A DNA stretch of 64,000 nucleotides from Dehalococcoidia bacterium. GTDB taxonomy: Bacteria > Chloroflexota > Dehalococcoidia > UBA2979. Of this stretch, positions 30,148 through 39,284 are shown piece by piece. A program made the translations under genes and the position numbers. Every line of letters starts with the position of its first letter. The stretch's first letter is position 1. Below the pieces are notes generated by a model. The model had not been told where the DNA came from, did no database searches, and saw only the letters and a list, made by a program, of their open reading frames with translations. The DNA is taken from the NCBI GenBank assembly GCA_963667465.2, contig CAXXDN010000002.1, forward strand, positions 448,001-512,000, given 5' to 3'.

Positions 30148-30944
30148 CGTGCGGTCCTCCAACCGGCCAGCACCCGGCGCCCGTGGCAGCCGGGGCCAGC
30201 GCCGGCTCGGTTGCCGCGCAGCCTAGGTCGCCCCGGACAGGAACGCAAGGCTGGGGTGGCTCGTGTCGATCGTCGCCGGGTGCCGCGCCTTGCGAGGGGC
30301 TGCCGCTGCGCGCAGCCGTCAGCGGCCGGAGGTGCCGGAGCGGTGACGGTGAACGTCGCGGCGCAGTCCTCGGTGACGCCCGCGCCGGCGACACCGTAGA
30401 GTCCACGCGGCTAGACTGACACGGGTCGTGGCGGGCCGATCTGTAGTGTCGGCGTGCGCCGCGACCGATACATCCTTCACGCCTCCACAGACCCCGACCT
30501 GCTAACCCGCTTGCGAGAGATGCTCGACAGCTCCGCCCGGGCGGACAACGCCGTCGGCTATTTCTTCATGCCCGGCTTCGGCGCGATCAGTACCGCGCTC
30601 TCCCGGCTCGACAAGGTCCGCATCCTTGATTATGGCGGTCACCCGCCACAGAAGCCCCTTCACCGTCATGGGCTAGATCCGTAACGTGGATGCCTTTGCA
30701 GATCATGCGGGGCAGAGCTTCTTGTGAGAGCAACATGCGGCTGTGCGCCTGCTCAGGTTGGCTCGCCTCGACCCAGGGGACGCCTGCACATCCACGCCTC
30801 GACCGCTGGGACCTGCTCCCGACTGCGGGGAGATGCTGGACAGCTCTGTGTCGACACCGACAGAGCCATCAGGTACTTCTTCATGCCCGGCTTCGGCGAC
30901 GACGCGGTACGATAGCGAGCGCGCATACCGCCGGAGGGCCAGCC

Positions 30945-31199
30945 ATGACTACAACCGTCAGAGCCACCTACGCCGACGGCGTGCTCACGCCTCTGGAACC
31001 CCTCGACATCGAGGAGGGCAGGGAGGTAACGCTCTCAATCGAGGACGCAGCGTCGCCGAAACGAGGGCTGGCCGGCATCGTCGAGACAGTCGAGGAGCTT
31101 CACAGGACCATCCCCCCGGAGGCGTGGGACGCCCTGCCAGCTGATGGCGCGAAGAACTACAAGCACTATCTGTACGGCCACCCGAAGGAAGACGCCTGA
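30945..31199 (+). CDS. Antitoxin, AF2212/DUF104 family
   Basis: 'MTTTVRATYADGVLTPLEPLDIEEGREVTLSI…NYKHYLYG'; GGAGG SD. Confidence 0.85.
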   Translation: MTTTVRATYADGVLTPLEPLDIEEGREVTLSIEDAASPKRGLAGIVETVEELHRTIPPEAWDALPADGAKNYKHYLYGHPKEDA

Positions 31200-31610
31200 T
31201 ACGAGTAGTGTTCGCCGATGCGGCGCACTGGATCGCATTGTGGAATCCTCGAGACGCCATGCACGAGCGGGCGGTGGCTGTTGCCGCACGGCTGGGGTCG
31301 GCCGCAGTCGTCACTACACAGGCCGTCTTGTTCGAGGCGCTGAACTTCATGGCCGGGATGGGAGAATTCCGCCGGCTGTTTTGCAGTGCGGATGGTGCGG
31401 GACATGGAAGACAATCCCGATGTCGAGATCGTCCCGCAGACGGACGCTCAGTTCAGAAGCGCCGTCGAGCGGTACGCCGCCCGTCCTGATCAGACGTGGG
31501 GGCTCGCCGACTGCGCGAGCTTCCTCCTCATGGAAGAGCGGAGCATCACCGAGGCACTCACGCATGACCGCGACTTCGAGCAGGCGGGCTTCACCGCCCT
31601 GCTCCGGTAG
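31196..31610 (+). pseudogene. vapC: PIN-domain VapC toxin, +1 frameshift at T4 (31379-31382)
   Basis: 'VFADAAHWIAL…D..H…E' in one frame and 'WGLADCASFLLM…ALTHDRDFEQAGF' in the next. Confidence 0.82.
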
Positions 31611-31839
31611 GATGGGCATGATCGGGCGCGTGACCAGCCTCGCGGCGTAATCCCGTGAACATCCTCCACGCCTCCACAGACCCCGACCTGTTGACCCGCC
31701 TGCGGGAGATGCTCGACAGCTCCGCCCGGGCCGACATCGCCGTAGGCTACTTCTTCATGCCCGGCTTCGGCGCGATCAGTGCCGAGCTCTCCGGGCTCGA
31801 CAAGGTCCGCATCCTCGTCGGCCGTGCCGATCGGCAGGG

Positions 31840-32104
31840 CTCGGGCGCGTCCCGGTCCTCAAGGCGCGCATGAACGCCGACCTGCACATGGCCGACGACC
31901 TCAAGAACACCGGCAAGGGCAATCTCTTCGTCATCTTCGGCGAGCCGGACATCGACATCCTCGACGCCTCGGGCGACGCCGATGCCGAGCCCGGGCAGGT
32001 CAAGGTGAAAGGTGAACGGCGTCGACGTCTTCCACCCGAACACCGGCGAGGTGCGCAGCGACGGCCCGGAGGGCATCGCCTGCTGGTTCATCGACACCGA
32101 CTAC
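31840..32104 (+). pseudogene. Type III RM Mod (DNA methyltransferase) C-terminal fragment
   Basis: 'LGRVPVLKARMNADLHMADDLKNTGKGNLFVIFGEPDI…(frameshift)…GVDVFHPNTGEVRS…IACWFIDTDY'. Confidence 0.75.
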
Positions 32105-32480
32105 CGGTTGAAGTCAGTGGCGTGAGCCTCGTAGTTGAAGGCGCAGGCGATGAGCACGTCGAAGCCAGCGTCGGCGGCCTCGCGGGCGGCTTCGACGAGG
32201 TCCGGCCGCGACACTGTGCCGAACTCCGGCCCGATGAAGATGCCGGCGCGCTTCTCGGCGCCCGTGCCGTTGGAGCCGGCGCCGTTCTCGGCGTAGCGCC
32301 CCTCGGCGCAGACCATCTCGCCCGGCCACGGGGTCACAGAGGAGAACTCGATGCGGTCTTCCTTGTGCGCCTGCTGGACGCCGGCGGTCTGGAGGTGCTC
32401 GATGATCGTCGAGCCAAAGTCCTTCGGCTCGAGGTACGTGGGCGAGCGCTCGGCGACGCCGTCGATGAGCTCGTCGTCCT
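32104..32480 (-). pseudogene. Type III RM Mod central fragment, opposite orientation to the adjacent fragment
   Basis: 'EHLQTAGVQQAHKEDRIEF…KRAGIFIGPEFGTVSRPDLVEAAREA…FDVLIACAFNYEAH'. Confidence 0.75.
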
Positions 32481-32700
32481 GCTCGTCGTGACGCCGCCGC
32501 GTACCGGCGAGCGCACGCTCGTCGCCGTCGAGAACCTGCTCGGCTCGATCGCGCTCCCGGAGCCGTTCGCGCTGGAGATCGCCGGCGACGCCGACGGCGT
32601 CTCCGTGCTGACCCGCTGCGGCGAGCGCTCGCTCGCGCGCCAGCAGCTCGAGGCCTACTACCCGCAGGCGCGCATTGCCGAACTCAGTGATGACCCGTCA
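32480..32700 (+). pseudogene. Fragment resembling the N-terminus of an ICE type IV coupling/ATPase protein
   Basis: 'VTPPRTGERTLVAVENLLGSIA.PEPFALEIAGD…QQL.AYYPQARI'. The assignment is from recalled similarity and is weak. Confidence 0.4.
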
Positions 32701-32810
32701 CACCGCCACCGAAGCCGGCACGCGCGTGCACGCGCACATCTGCACATCAGCCTTGCCGCCCGGATCGAGATTCCCGCGCTGCGCGCAGGTATGACGAGTG
32801 GTTCCGTGGC

Positions 32811-35747
32811 TCATGTTCTGGCGAGTTGGCGCTCGATGAGGTGACGGAAGGGGCCCTCGACGTTCGATAGCTCGTCGAAGTCGCCGACTTGGACGACGCG
32901 GCCCCGCTGCATCACGTAGATGCGGTCGGCTTGGCGAATCGTCGACATGCGATGCGCAATCACAATGCGAGTCGCGGCGAGCCGCTCGATGCTCCGCATC
33001 ACCTGCGCCTGACTGCGGGAGTCGAGCCAGCTGGTCGCCTCGTCGAGCCAGATGACGCGCGGATTGCGGACGAGCGCCGCGGCGATCCGGAGGCGCTGGG
33101 TCTGTCCGCCGGAGAACGTGGCCGAACCCTCGGTGACGACGGTGTAGAGCTGCATCGGCATCTGCGAGATCTCGTCCTCGATGGCGGCCTCACGAACGGC
33201 GCGCCACGCGTCTTCGATCGTGAGCTCGTCGCCCATGCCGATGATGTTGTCGAGCAGGCTTCCAGGCTGCAGTGCTCCGTCTTGCATGACCACGCCGAGC
33301 TGGCGTCGCAGCGCTTGACGATCGAGCGAGGCGAGGTCCCGACCGTCGTAGTAGATGCTGCCAGCGGTCGGATCCTCGAGCCCCAGCGCGAGCCGCATCA
33401 GCGTGCTCTTGCCCGAGCCTGACTCGCCCACGATGGCGATGAACTCGCCCGCCCGAGCGGAGATTGAAACGTCCTCGAGCAATGGCGTATCAGGCTGGTA
33501 ACGAAAGCTGACGTGGTCGAAGCGGACGTCGCCCTGTGGTGAGATCGGGGCGCCGCTGAGCGCGCCGGTCTCGGGCAGCTCGTCCAGAACTGGCTTGACC
33601 TGCTCGTAGCCGGGCAGCGCGGCGGCGATCGCTTCAAACGAGCGCCCGAGGTTGGCGGCGGCCGCGAAGAACGTCATCACGATTGCGTAAACGACGAGGA
33701 AGTCGCTGATCTGAAGAACATCGGCGTCGCGAGAGAGCGCGACTGCGAACAGCGCCGCGCCGACGAGCACGGGGGTCGCGGCGCTGAGCGAGACGAGGTG
33801 TTCGTTCAGCCGCGAGATCTGAATGCCGGCGAGATGTTGCTCACGATAGTGTCGGGCCCAGGCAGCGAAGGCCGAAGGCTCGGCGCCCGCGCCTCTGAGC
33901 TTGCTGATCCCGTTGATGAACTGAAGGAGCTCGCCGGCTAGCCGACGCTCGGCGGCGAAGCTGCGTCGTTGTGGCCGGAGTTGCCAGAGTCCGATGATCG
34001 CCGTGAGCAGCATCATCGCGACGGCCAACGCAATGCTGACCATGGCGAGCGTGACGTCGTAGAAGAAGAGAATCGCCAGTGTCGGCAGGAGGAAGACGAA
34101 CGAGAGCAACGCGTTCGCGACGACGCCCGAGATCTGGTCGCGCATGAGCTGGAACGTCGCCATGCGGATCGCGAGCTCGCCAGCGGTGAAGCGCCGGAAG
34201 AAGGTCGGTGAGAGCGTGAGGAGGCGATCCCAGACGGCAGCGCTGACACGAGCTGCGCCGCGTCCCTCGAGGCGCATCATCGAGGTGCCTTGCAGCACCT
34301 GAAACAGCACGCCCACGACACCGAAGGCGCCCAGCGCGATCATCAGTTGGAGCAGGATGTCGCCAGCGGCGGAGGCGAGCACCCAGTCGGTGAGGACGCC
34401 GACGACGATCGCTGGCGCCTGCAACAGCAACGCCGCTAGTAGTCCCGCAAGCGCGAAGCGGACGAAGCTCCCCGCGGCGCCTTGTCCGCCGATGCGGGCC
34501 AGATCAGTTGCGCCGACCGTGCGCTCTGTGGGCAACGTTGGGTAGCAAAGCCAAGCGTCGGAGTGGAGCTGGGCCGCGCGCGACTCATCCACTCGGACTC
34601 GCGCTCCGCTGGTGGCATCGATCATCCGATAGCGACCGCTCCAGTGCGGCAACAGCGCAACGGGCCGACGTTCCTCGCCGTGGAAGCCGATCATTGCGCC
34701 GCTGTCGCCGCGCCACCAGCGATCCTCCGGTTGGAGGCGCACCTGTCGGGCGCGGACTCCTGACGCGCTCAACACCGCGGCGAGCGTCGGTTCCTCGGCG
34801 ACCAAACCTGGTTGCGGAGCAGGTCGCTGGAAGCGCAGGCCTTCGTGATCGCCGATCAGCGCGAGCGCCGACATCAGCGCGGAGCCATCGTGGGCGACAG
34901 TGTCGCGCTCGCGGGCGAGAAGTTGATTGAGCCCAGCCCGAGCCTGCTCGGCGTCGCGACGACGGAGCGCCTCGCGCGCGGTCTGCTCGTTGACGACATC
35001 GGCCTGGAGCAGCAGTCGATTGAGCTGCTCGGCGCCGATTGCGAGCGCGTGGAATTCGTCCAAAGCCTGCAGCAGCCGTCCCGATTGCGCGAGCTGGCGC
35101 GATCGGAGCACTTCGAGCGCCGTCTCGGCCGAGAACGTGAGCCACGTGTCGAAGCTGAGCGGAGCGAGTCCGATGTCGTCGGGCGATGGAGTCTCCGTGC
35201 CGAGATAGGCTGCCTCACCCTGGTCGACGCCGATCCAGACCACCGCTCCGGCACGGGTCGAGAGCACGCTGTTCGCGTCTGCGTGGATGGGGGAGCGATT
35301 CGCGGGGTCAACGACAAGCGTCGGACGTGGTCGAGGATCGATTCTCACCGCCACGGCGCTGCCGATCGCGCTGACCCAGCGGTCGACCTGGTCAGCGAGC
35401 TCATCCGCGAACTCGCGTGCCGCGAGCGCCGATCTCCGCAGCTTGGCCAAACGCGCGCCTGGCAGGCCCTTGGCAATGGCTACCAACGGCGTGCCGTGCG
35501 AGCCGATTCCGAAGAGCAGCTGTCCCGCCTCGGCTCGAACGATGTGTCGCGCCGACGAACTGGTGAGACCGTCCGCTTGCTCAAACAGAAACACGTCGAC
35601 CGCACCCTCGAGCACGAGGTAGGCGACTGACGGATCGCCGAGTGTGATCGGATGGTTGGCGGCGCTCGCGACCGCCTCACCCTCGCTGAGCGCGAAGCTC
35701 ACGAGTCGGGATTGCTCACGAGCATCGGTGGTTTGGTGAGTCGTCAT
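32811..35747 (-). CDS. NHLP/NHLM bacteriocin-system ABC transporter permease/ATPase (no peptidase) with N-terminal cNMP-like domain
   Basis: 'WWRGDSGAMIGF', TM domain, 'GESGSGKST', 'FSGGQ', 'LDEATS', 'IAHR'. Confidence 0.9.
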   Translation of the reverse strand: MTTHQTTDAREQSRLVSFALSEGEAVASAANHPITLGDPSVAYLVLEGAVDVFLFEQADGLTSSSARHIVRAEAGQLLFGIGSHGTPLVAIAKGLPGARLAKLRRSALAAREFADELADQVDRWVSAIGSAVAVRIDPRPRPTLVVDPANRSPIHADANSVLSTRAGAVVWIGVDQGEAAYLGTETPSPDDIGLAPLSFDTWLTFSAETALEVLRSRQLAQSGRLLQALDEFHALAIGAEQLNRLLLQADVVNEQTAREALRRRDAEQARAGLNQLLARERDTVAHDGSALMSALALIGDHEGLRFQRPAPQPGLVAEEPTLAAVLSASGVRARQVRLQPEDRWWRGDSGAMIGFHGEERRPVALLPHWSGRYRMIDATSGARVRVDESRAAQLHSDAWLCYPTLPTERTVGATDLARIGGQGAAGSFVRFALAGLLAALLLQAPAIVVGVLTDWVLASAAGDILLQLMIALGAFGVVGVLFQVLQGTSMMRLEGRGAARVSAAVWDRLLTLSPTFFRRFTAGELAIRMATFQLMRDQISGVVANALLSFVFLLPTLAILFFYDVTLAMVSIALAVAMMLLTAIIGLWQLRPQRRSFAAERRLAGELLQFINGISKLRGAGAEPSAFAAWARHYREQHLAGIQISRLNEHLVSLSAATPVLVGAALFAVALSRDADVLQISDFLVVYAIVMTFFAAAANLGRSFEAIAAALPGYEQVKPVLDELPETGALSGAPISPQGDVRFDHVSFRYQPDTPLLEDVSISARAGEFIAIVGESGSGKSTLMRLALGLEDPTAGSIYYDGRDLASLDRQALRRQLGVVMQDGALQPGSLLDNIIGMGDELTIEDAWRAVREAAIEDEISQMPMQLYTVVTEGSATFSGGQTQRLRIAAALVRNPRVIWLDEATSWLDSRSQAQVMRSIERLAATRIVIAHRMSTIRQADRIYVMQRGRVVQVGDFDELSNVEGPFRHLIERQLART

Positions 35748-37960
35748 TGGGACTGCACCAGTTGGGCGTAGATGCCGTCGCGATCGGCGATCAGGTCCTC
35801 ATGCACGCCACGCTGCACTTCGCGACCCTGATCGAGCACGATGATCTGGTCGCAGTCGCGGATCGTGCTGAGTCGGTGCGCCACGATCAGGCAGGAGCAG
35901 CCGCGGCGGCGCAGTGCGTCGTCGATCCGCTGCTCGGTGACTGCGTCGAGAGTGCTCGTTGCCTCATCCAGGAAGAGCAGCGACGGTCGGTTGACGAGCG
36001 CCCGCGCGATCTCGAGGCGTTGGCGCTGTCCGCCACTGAAGTTCCGTCCGCCTTCCTGGACATGGGCGTCGTAGCCACCGCTCCGACCGACGATCTCCTC
36101 GTGGATCATGGCGTCGCGAGCGGCGGCGACCATATCGGCTTCAGCGATGGCAGCGTTCCACATCTTCAGGTTGTCGCGGATGGTTCCGTCGAAGAGCGCG
36201 ATCTGCTGGTCGACCGTCGCCAGAGACGCAGTCAGGACGGAGCGTGGAACATCGCGCATGGGCACGCCGTCGAAGTGGATCTCGCCCGACCAGAGGGTGT
36301 ATTCGCCAGTCAGGAGTCGCAGCAGGGTCGATTTGCCGGAGCCGGTTGGTCCGACGATGGCGACCCGCTGACCGGGCTCGATTGTGAGGCTGACGCCGTC
36401 GATCAGCGGGTCGGCGTTACGTCGGTAGCCGAAGCGGACATCGCGCAGCTCAAGTCGGCCCGCGAGTCGGAGCCGACCGTTGAGGCTGGCCACCGCGCCG
36501 TCCTGACGCTCCCGCTGCGACGACTCGGCGGCGGTGAGCGCTACGTCTTCCTCGGCGCCAAGGATGTCGGCGACGCGTTGGAGGTCGGCCTCGAGCAGCT
36601 GGAAGGAGTCGGCGAACTGGACGAAGCGTCCGATCGGTGCGAGGAAGTTGCCAGCCAACACGTAGACCGCAATCAGCTCACCGATCGTGAGGTCGCCCTC
36701 GATCACGCGCCAACCGCCGAGTCCGAGCACGGCCATTCCGCCCATGAGCAAGAACAGTCGCGGCAACGCCGCATTGACGTAGCCAAGCTCGACGAAGCGC
36801 TGTCGGGCTGCCAGTTCCCGCGCCTGGTAACCGCTCCAGCGAGCAAAGAAGTCGTTCTCGGCAGCGGTGGCGCGGAGCGAGTCAATCTGTCGCAGTCCGG
36901 CTGTCTCGATCCCGAAGAGCAACGCCTGCTCGCGACGTAGCTGTCGATTCTGGTCCAGCCGACGCTGACTCAAGACGCGCGCCACGAGCACATTACCAAC
37001 GGCAATCGTGAGCACGACCAAGCCGATCAGCGGGTCATAGACGACGAGCAGCGCAAACAGGAGAGCGCTCATAATCAGCTCGACGACCACACCCACGAGC
37101 TGTTGCGCAGCGCCTGCGGCGATCTGATCAACGAGGCTGAGTCGGGCAGCGAGCTCCCCGGCGAATCGATGTGCGAAATACTGTATGGGTAGTCGGAAGA
37201 GTCGCCAGAGCAGTCGCTGCGACTGGGTCACGGCGAGCTGGATCGTGATCTTGCGCAGCATCACCTGTTGCAGCCACGTGAGCACGTAGACCGTGAAACC
37301 AGCGAGCACCATCGCGCCGACAATCCAACCTCCCCAATCGCGCTGACCGCCGATGAGGACGTCGTCGACGAAGATGCTCAGAAGGATCGGCAGCGCGAGC
37401 GCCGGGATCGCGAGCAGCAGACCGGCCAGCGTGACATAGGCCAGCGCGCCCTGAGCCTCCCGCAACCAAGGCCAGAGCGCGCGCCAAATGTTGGGCGGCT
37501 CGCCACCGGGACAGAACGATTCCGTTGGCTCGGCCGTCAGGACGATTCCAGTGAACGCCTCGCTGAAGGTCTCGCGGCTCACCGTGCGTCGGCCGTTGGC
37601 GGGATCGTTGAGGTGGAAGCGATCCTCAGACATCCCCTCTAGCACGAGGAAATGGTTGAACTCCCAGAAGAGAATGGCGGGAAGATTGACCTCACTGAGT
37701 GACTCCACATCCTTGCGCCAACCGCGGATACGGAGGCCGTAACGCTCACCGGCGCGAACAATGCCCGCGGCATTGGAGCCGTCGCGGCTGACGCCGCAGG
37801 CCTCGCGCAGCTCCTCAAGCGGGACCCAACGTCCGAGGTGCGCGAGGACAATCCCGAGCGAAGCCGCACCGCATTCGGCTGCCTCAAGCTGCGGGATAAT
37901 CGGCGTGCGCAACCGACGTCGGCGGAAGGATGGCCAGCCTGGTCTGGAGAGGATCGCCAC
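35744..37960 (-). CDS. NHLP-family peptidase-containing ABC transporter (C39 peptidase/permease/ATPase)
   Basis: 'PQLEAAECGAASL' (catalytic Cys), 'CGVSRDGS', 'WEFNHFLV' (His), 'GPTGSGKST', 'FSGGQRQRLEIARAL', 'RRRGCSCLIVAHRLSTIRDCD'. GTG at 37960 with a GGAG SD. Confidence 0.93.
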   Translation of the reverse strand: MAILSRPGWPSFRRRRLRTPIIPQLEAAECGAASLGIVLAHLGRWVPLEELREACGVSRDGSNAAGIVRAGERYGLRIRGWRKDVESLSEVNLPAILFWEFNHFLVLEGMSEDRFHLNDPANGRRTVSRETFSEAFTGIVLTAEPTESFCPGGEPPNIWRALWPWLREAQGALAYVTLAGLLLAIPALALPILLSIFVDDVLIGGQRDWGGWIVGAMVLAGFTVYVLTWLQQVMLRKITIQLAVTQSQRLLWRLFRLPIQYFAHRFAGELAARLSLVDQIAAGAAQQLVGVVVELIMSALLFALLVVYDPLIGLVVLTIAVGNVLVARVLSQRRLDQNRQLRREQALLFGIETAGLRQIDSLRATAAENDFFARWSGYQARELAARQRFVELGYVNAALPRLFLLMGGMAVLGLGGWRVIEGDLTIGELIAVYVLAGNFLAPIGRFVQFADSFQLLEADLQRVADILGAEEDVALTAAESSQRERQDGAVASLNGRLRLAGRLELRDVRFGYRRNADPLIDGVSLTIEPGQRVAIVGPTGSGKSTLLRLLTGEYTLWSGEIHFDGVPMRDVPRSVLTASLATVDQQIALFDGTIRDNLKMWNAAIAEADMVAAARDAMIHEEIVGRSGGYDAHVQEGGRNFSGGQRQRLEIARALVNRPSLLFLDEATSTLDAVTEQRIDDALRRRGCSCLIVAHRLSTIRDCDQIIVLDQGREVQRGVHEDLIADRDGIYAQLVQSQ

Positions 37961-37965
37961 GGCCG

Positions 37966-38478
37966 TTACTCCAGCCCGAGTGGAGCGGCGCTGATCACGG
38001 CGATCAGTCGAATCGGCGATTCGCGGCTGGTAACGATGCGCAGGTGGCAGGTGTCGCCGTCGCGCCACGCTTCCGACGGCGCGTCCGACAGGCTGACTTG
38101 GATCAGTGGTCGGCGCTCGTTGGCGTCCGAGGTCTGGATTGCGACCTGGGAAACCTGACCAGCGAGCGCTCTGTCGGAGCCAACGCGGCTGACTCGCGCC
38201 GACATCCCGACCGCGACCCGTCGCGCGTCGGCGGTGGAAAGTTGCGCCTCAGCGGCGGGCTCTCCGGCCGGGGTTGAGACGAGGACGCAGGGCGCGGAGA
38301 GCCCGCGTTCGATCGTGCCAAACACAGCCCAGAGCAGGACGCCAACCATCGCGCAGCCGAGCATCGCCAAGAAAAGCCACTCGTGCGGAGCGGTAATGCG
38401 GAGCAAACCATCGATCGGTTCGCTGCGTCCGCGTCGGGCGAAGGCTTCGTCGCGATACAGCCGCCGACGCTCGGACAT
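37966..38478 (-). CDS. Short HlyD-like NHLP secretion accessory protein
   Basis: 'LYRDEAF…EPIDGLLRITAPHEW', TM segment, C-terminal 'PIRL'; lacks the long coiled-coil hairpin. Confidence 0.78.
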   Translation of the reverse strand: MSERRRLYRDEAFARRGRSEPIDGLLRITAPHEWLFLAMLGCAMVGVLLWAVFGTIERGLSAPCVLVSTPAGEPAAEAQLSTADARRVAVGMSARVSRVGSDRALAGQVSQVAIQTSDANERRPLIQVSLSDAPSEAWRDGDTCHLRIVTSRESPIRLIAVISAAPLGLE

Positions 38479-38737
38479 CGCAGAACACCCTCCGCCAGCT
38501 CAAGTCAGGAGCCGAGCTTGGGTCAGGCTAACGCGCTGATCGAGAACGCTATGCGTCGCTGTAGCGGAAACGGCAAGTTTCCCAGGCCATACGGATCTCT
38601 GTAGGTGACGTCCCGTCTTGGGCCTCGGCGCGCGATGCTCAAAGGTAGGGCTCGACGGGACCTGGAGGGCTCGCGGTCGTCGGCCTTCGGTTCATCGACC
38701 GCTCGGTCATGGCCATACCCTGCTGGACTTCAATGTG

Positions 38738-38917
38738 CTACGTCTTGTTCGACGATGATCCGCTGCCCGCGTTGTGATACGTGTGTGACGACGCAGGCGA
38801 GCTTGCCTTGCCGGCGGCGCTGATCTGATTCAGCTCCTCAGCGCTGAGCTCGTCGACGTTCGCGGCAACGGCTTCCTTGGCCTGGTCCCTGGTTGCTGCG
38901 TCAGTCTGCTTTGCCAT
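38738..38917 (-). CDS. Double-glycine-type RiPP/bacteriocin precursor 2 (59 aa)
   Basis: MAKQTDAATRDQAKEAVAANVD-ELSAEELNQISAA-GKASSPASSHTYHNAGSGSSSNKT; AGGTG SD; leader is paralogous to precursor 1. Confidence 0.8.
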   Translation of the reverse strand: MAKQTDAATRDQAKEAVAANVDELSAEELNQISAAGKASSPASSHTYHNAGSGSSSNKT

Positions 38918-38967
38918 ACTGCACCTGTTCCCGAACACTGACCACCCGTTGGGAACCGGATCGTGCC

Positions 38968-39141
38968 CTAGTCGATCGTTGCCTGCCACGGCTGCTGCGC
39001 GTTGTTGTAGGAGCTGCGCTTGCCGGCGCCCGTGCCACCGCTGACGTCTTCAAGCTCCTCGGCGCTGAGCTGCTCATCAACCCGAGCGGCGACGGTTTCC
39101 TCGGCTTCGTCCTTGGTTGTCGCGTCAGTCTGCTTTGGCAT
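38968..39141 (-). CDS. Double-glycine-type RiPP/bacteriocin precursor 1 (57 aa; not in ORF track)
   Basis: MPKQTDATTKDEAEETVAARVDEQ-LSAEELEDVSGG-TGAGKRSSYNNAQQPWQATID; GAGGTGA SD. Confidence 0.85.
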   Translation of the reverse strand: MPKQTDATTKDEAEETVAARVDEQLSAEELEDVSGGTGAGKRSSYNNAQQPWQATID

Positions 39142-39164
39142 GCCTCACCTCTTGTCGAGCCCGA

Positions 39165-39192
39165 ATCGTATCAGTCCGAATCAGGTTGTCAA
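39165..39192 (-). promoter_or_regulatory. Sigma70-type promoter of the precursor/export operon
   Basis: TTGACA (39192-39187), 16 nt spacer, TACGAT (39170-39165) with a TG extension. Confidence 0.7.
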
Positions 39193-39284
39193 TACGCAAC
39201 TGGCGCAAAGCCGGATGTCGGCCTCCACGACGGGACGCACCATCCGGGCGATGCGCCCGCGCCGGGCCCTGATGCCCCGCAGGA

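Larger units (their letters stand above)
30469..31835 (+). repeat. Three copies of the 5' end of a PLD-like/helicase gene (30469-30627, ~30788-30897, 31655-31835)
   Basis: Each copy encodes (I)LHASTDPDLL.RLREMLDSS..ADIAVGYFFMPGFG; the middle copy is degenerate. Confidence 0.8.

Noticed and set aside
30148-30406. ORF-track N-terminal extension of the 1360-aa adhesin
   Set aside because: No SD, low-complexity translation, and it overlaps a Calx-beta remnant. The SD-led ATG at 30147 is the better start.
32767-32795. Degenerate REP-like gattcccgcg…cgcaggtatgac
   Set aside because: Single, imperfect palindrome; too weak to call.
38480-38737. Possible third precursor peptide between precursor 2 and the HlyD gene
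   Set aside because: The only ATG-led minus ORF is about 25 aa and lacks the EL…GG leader motif.
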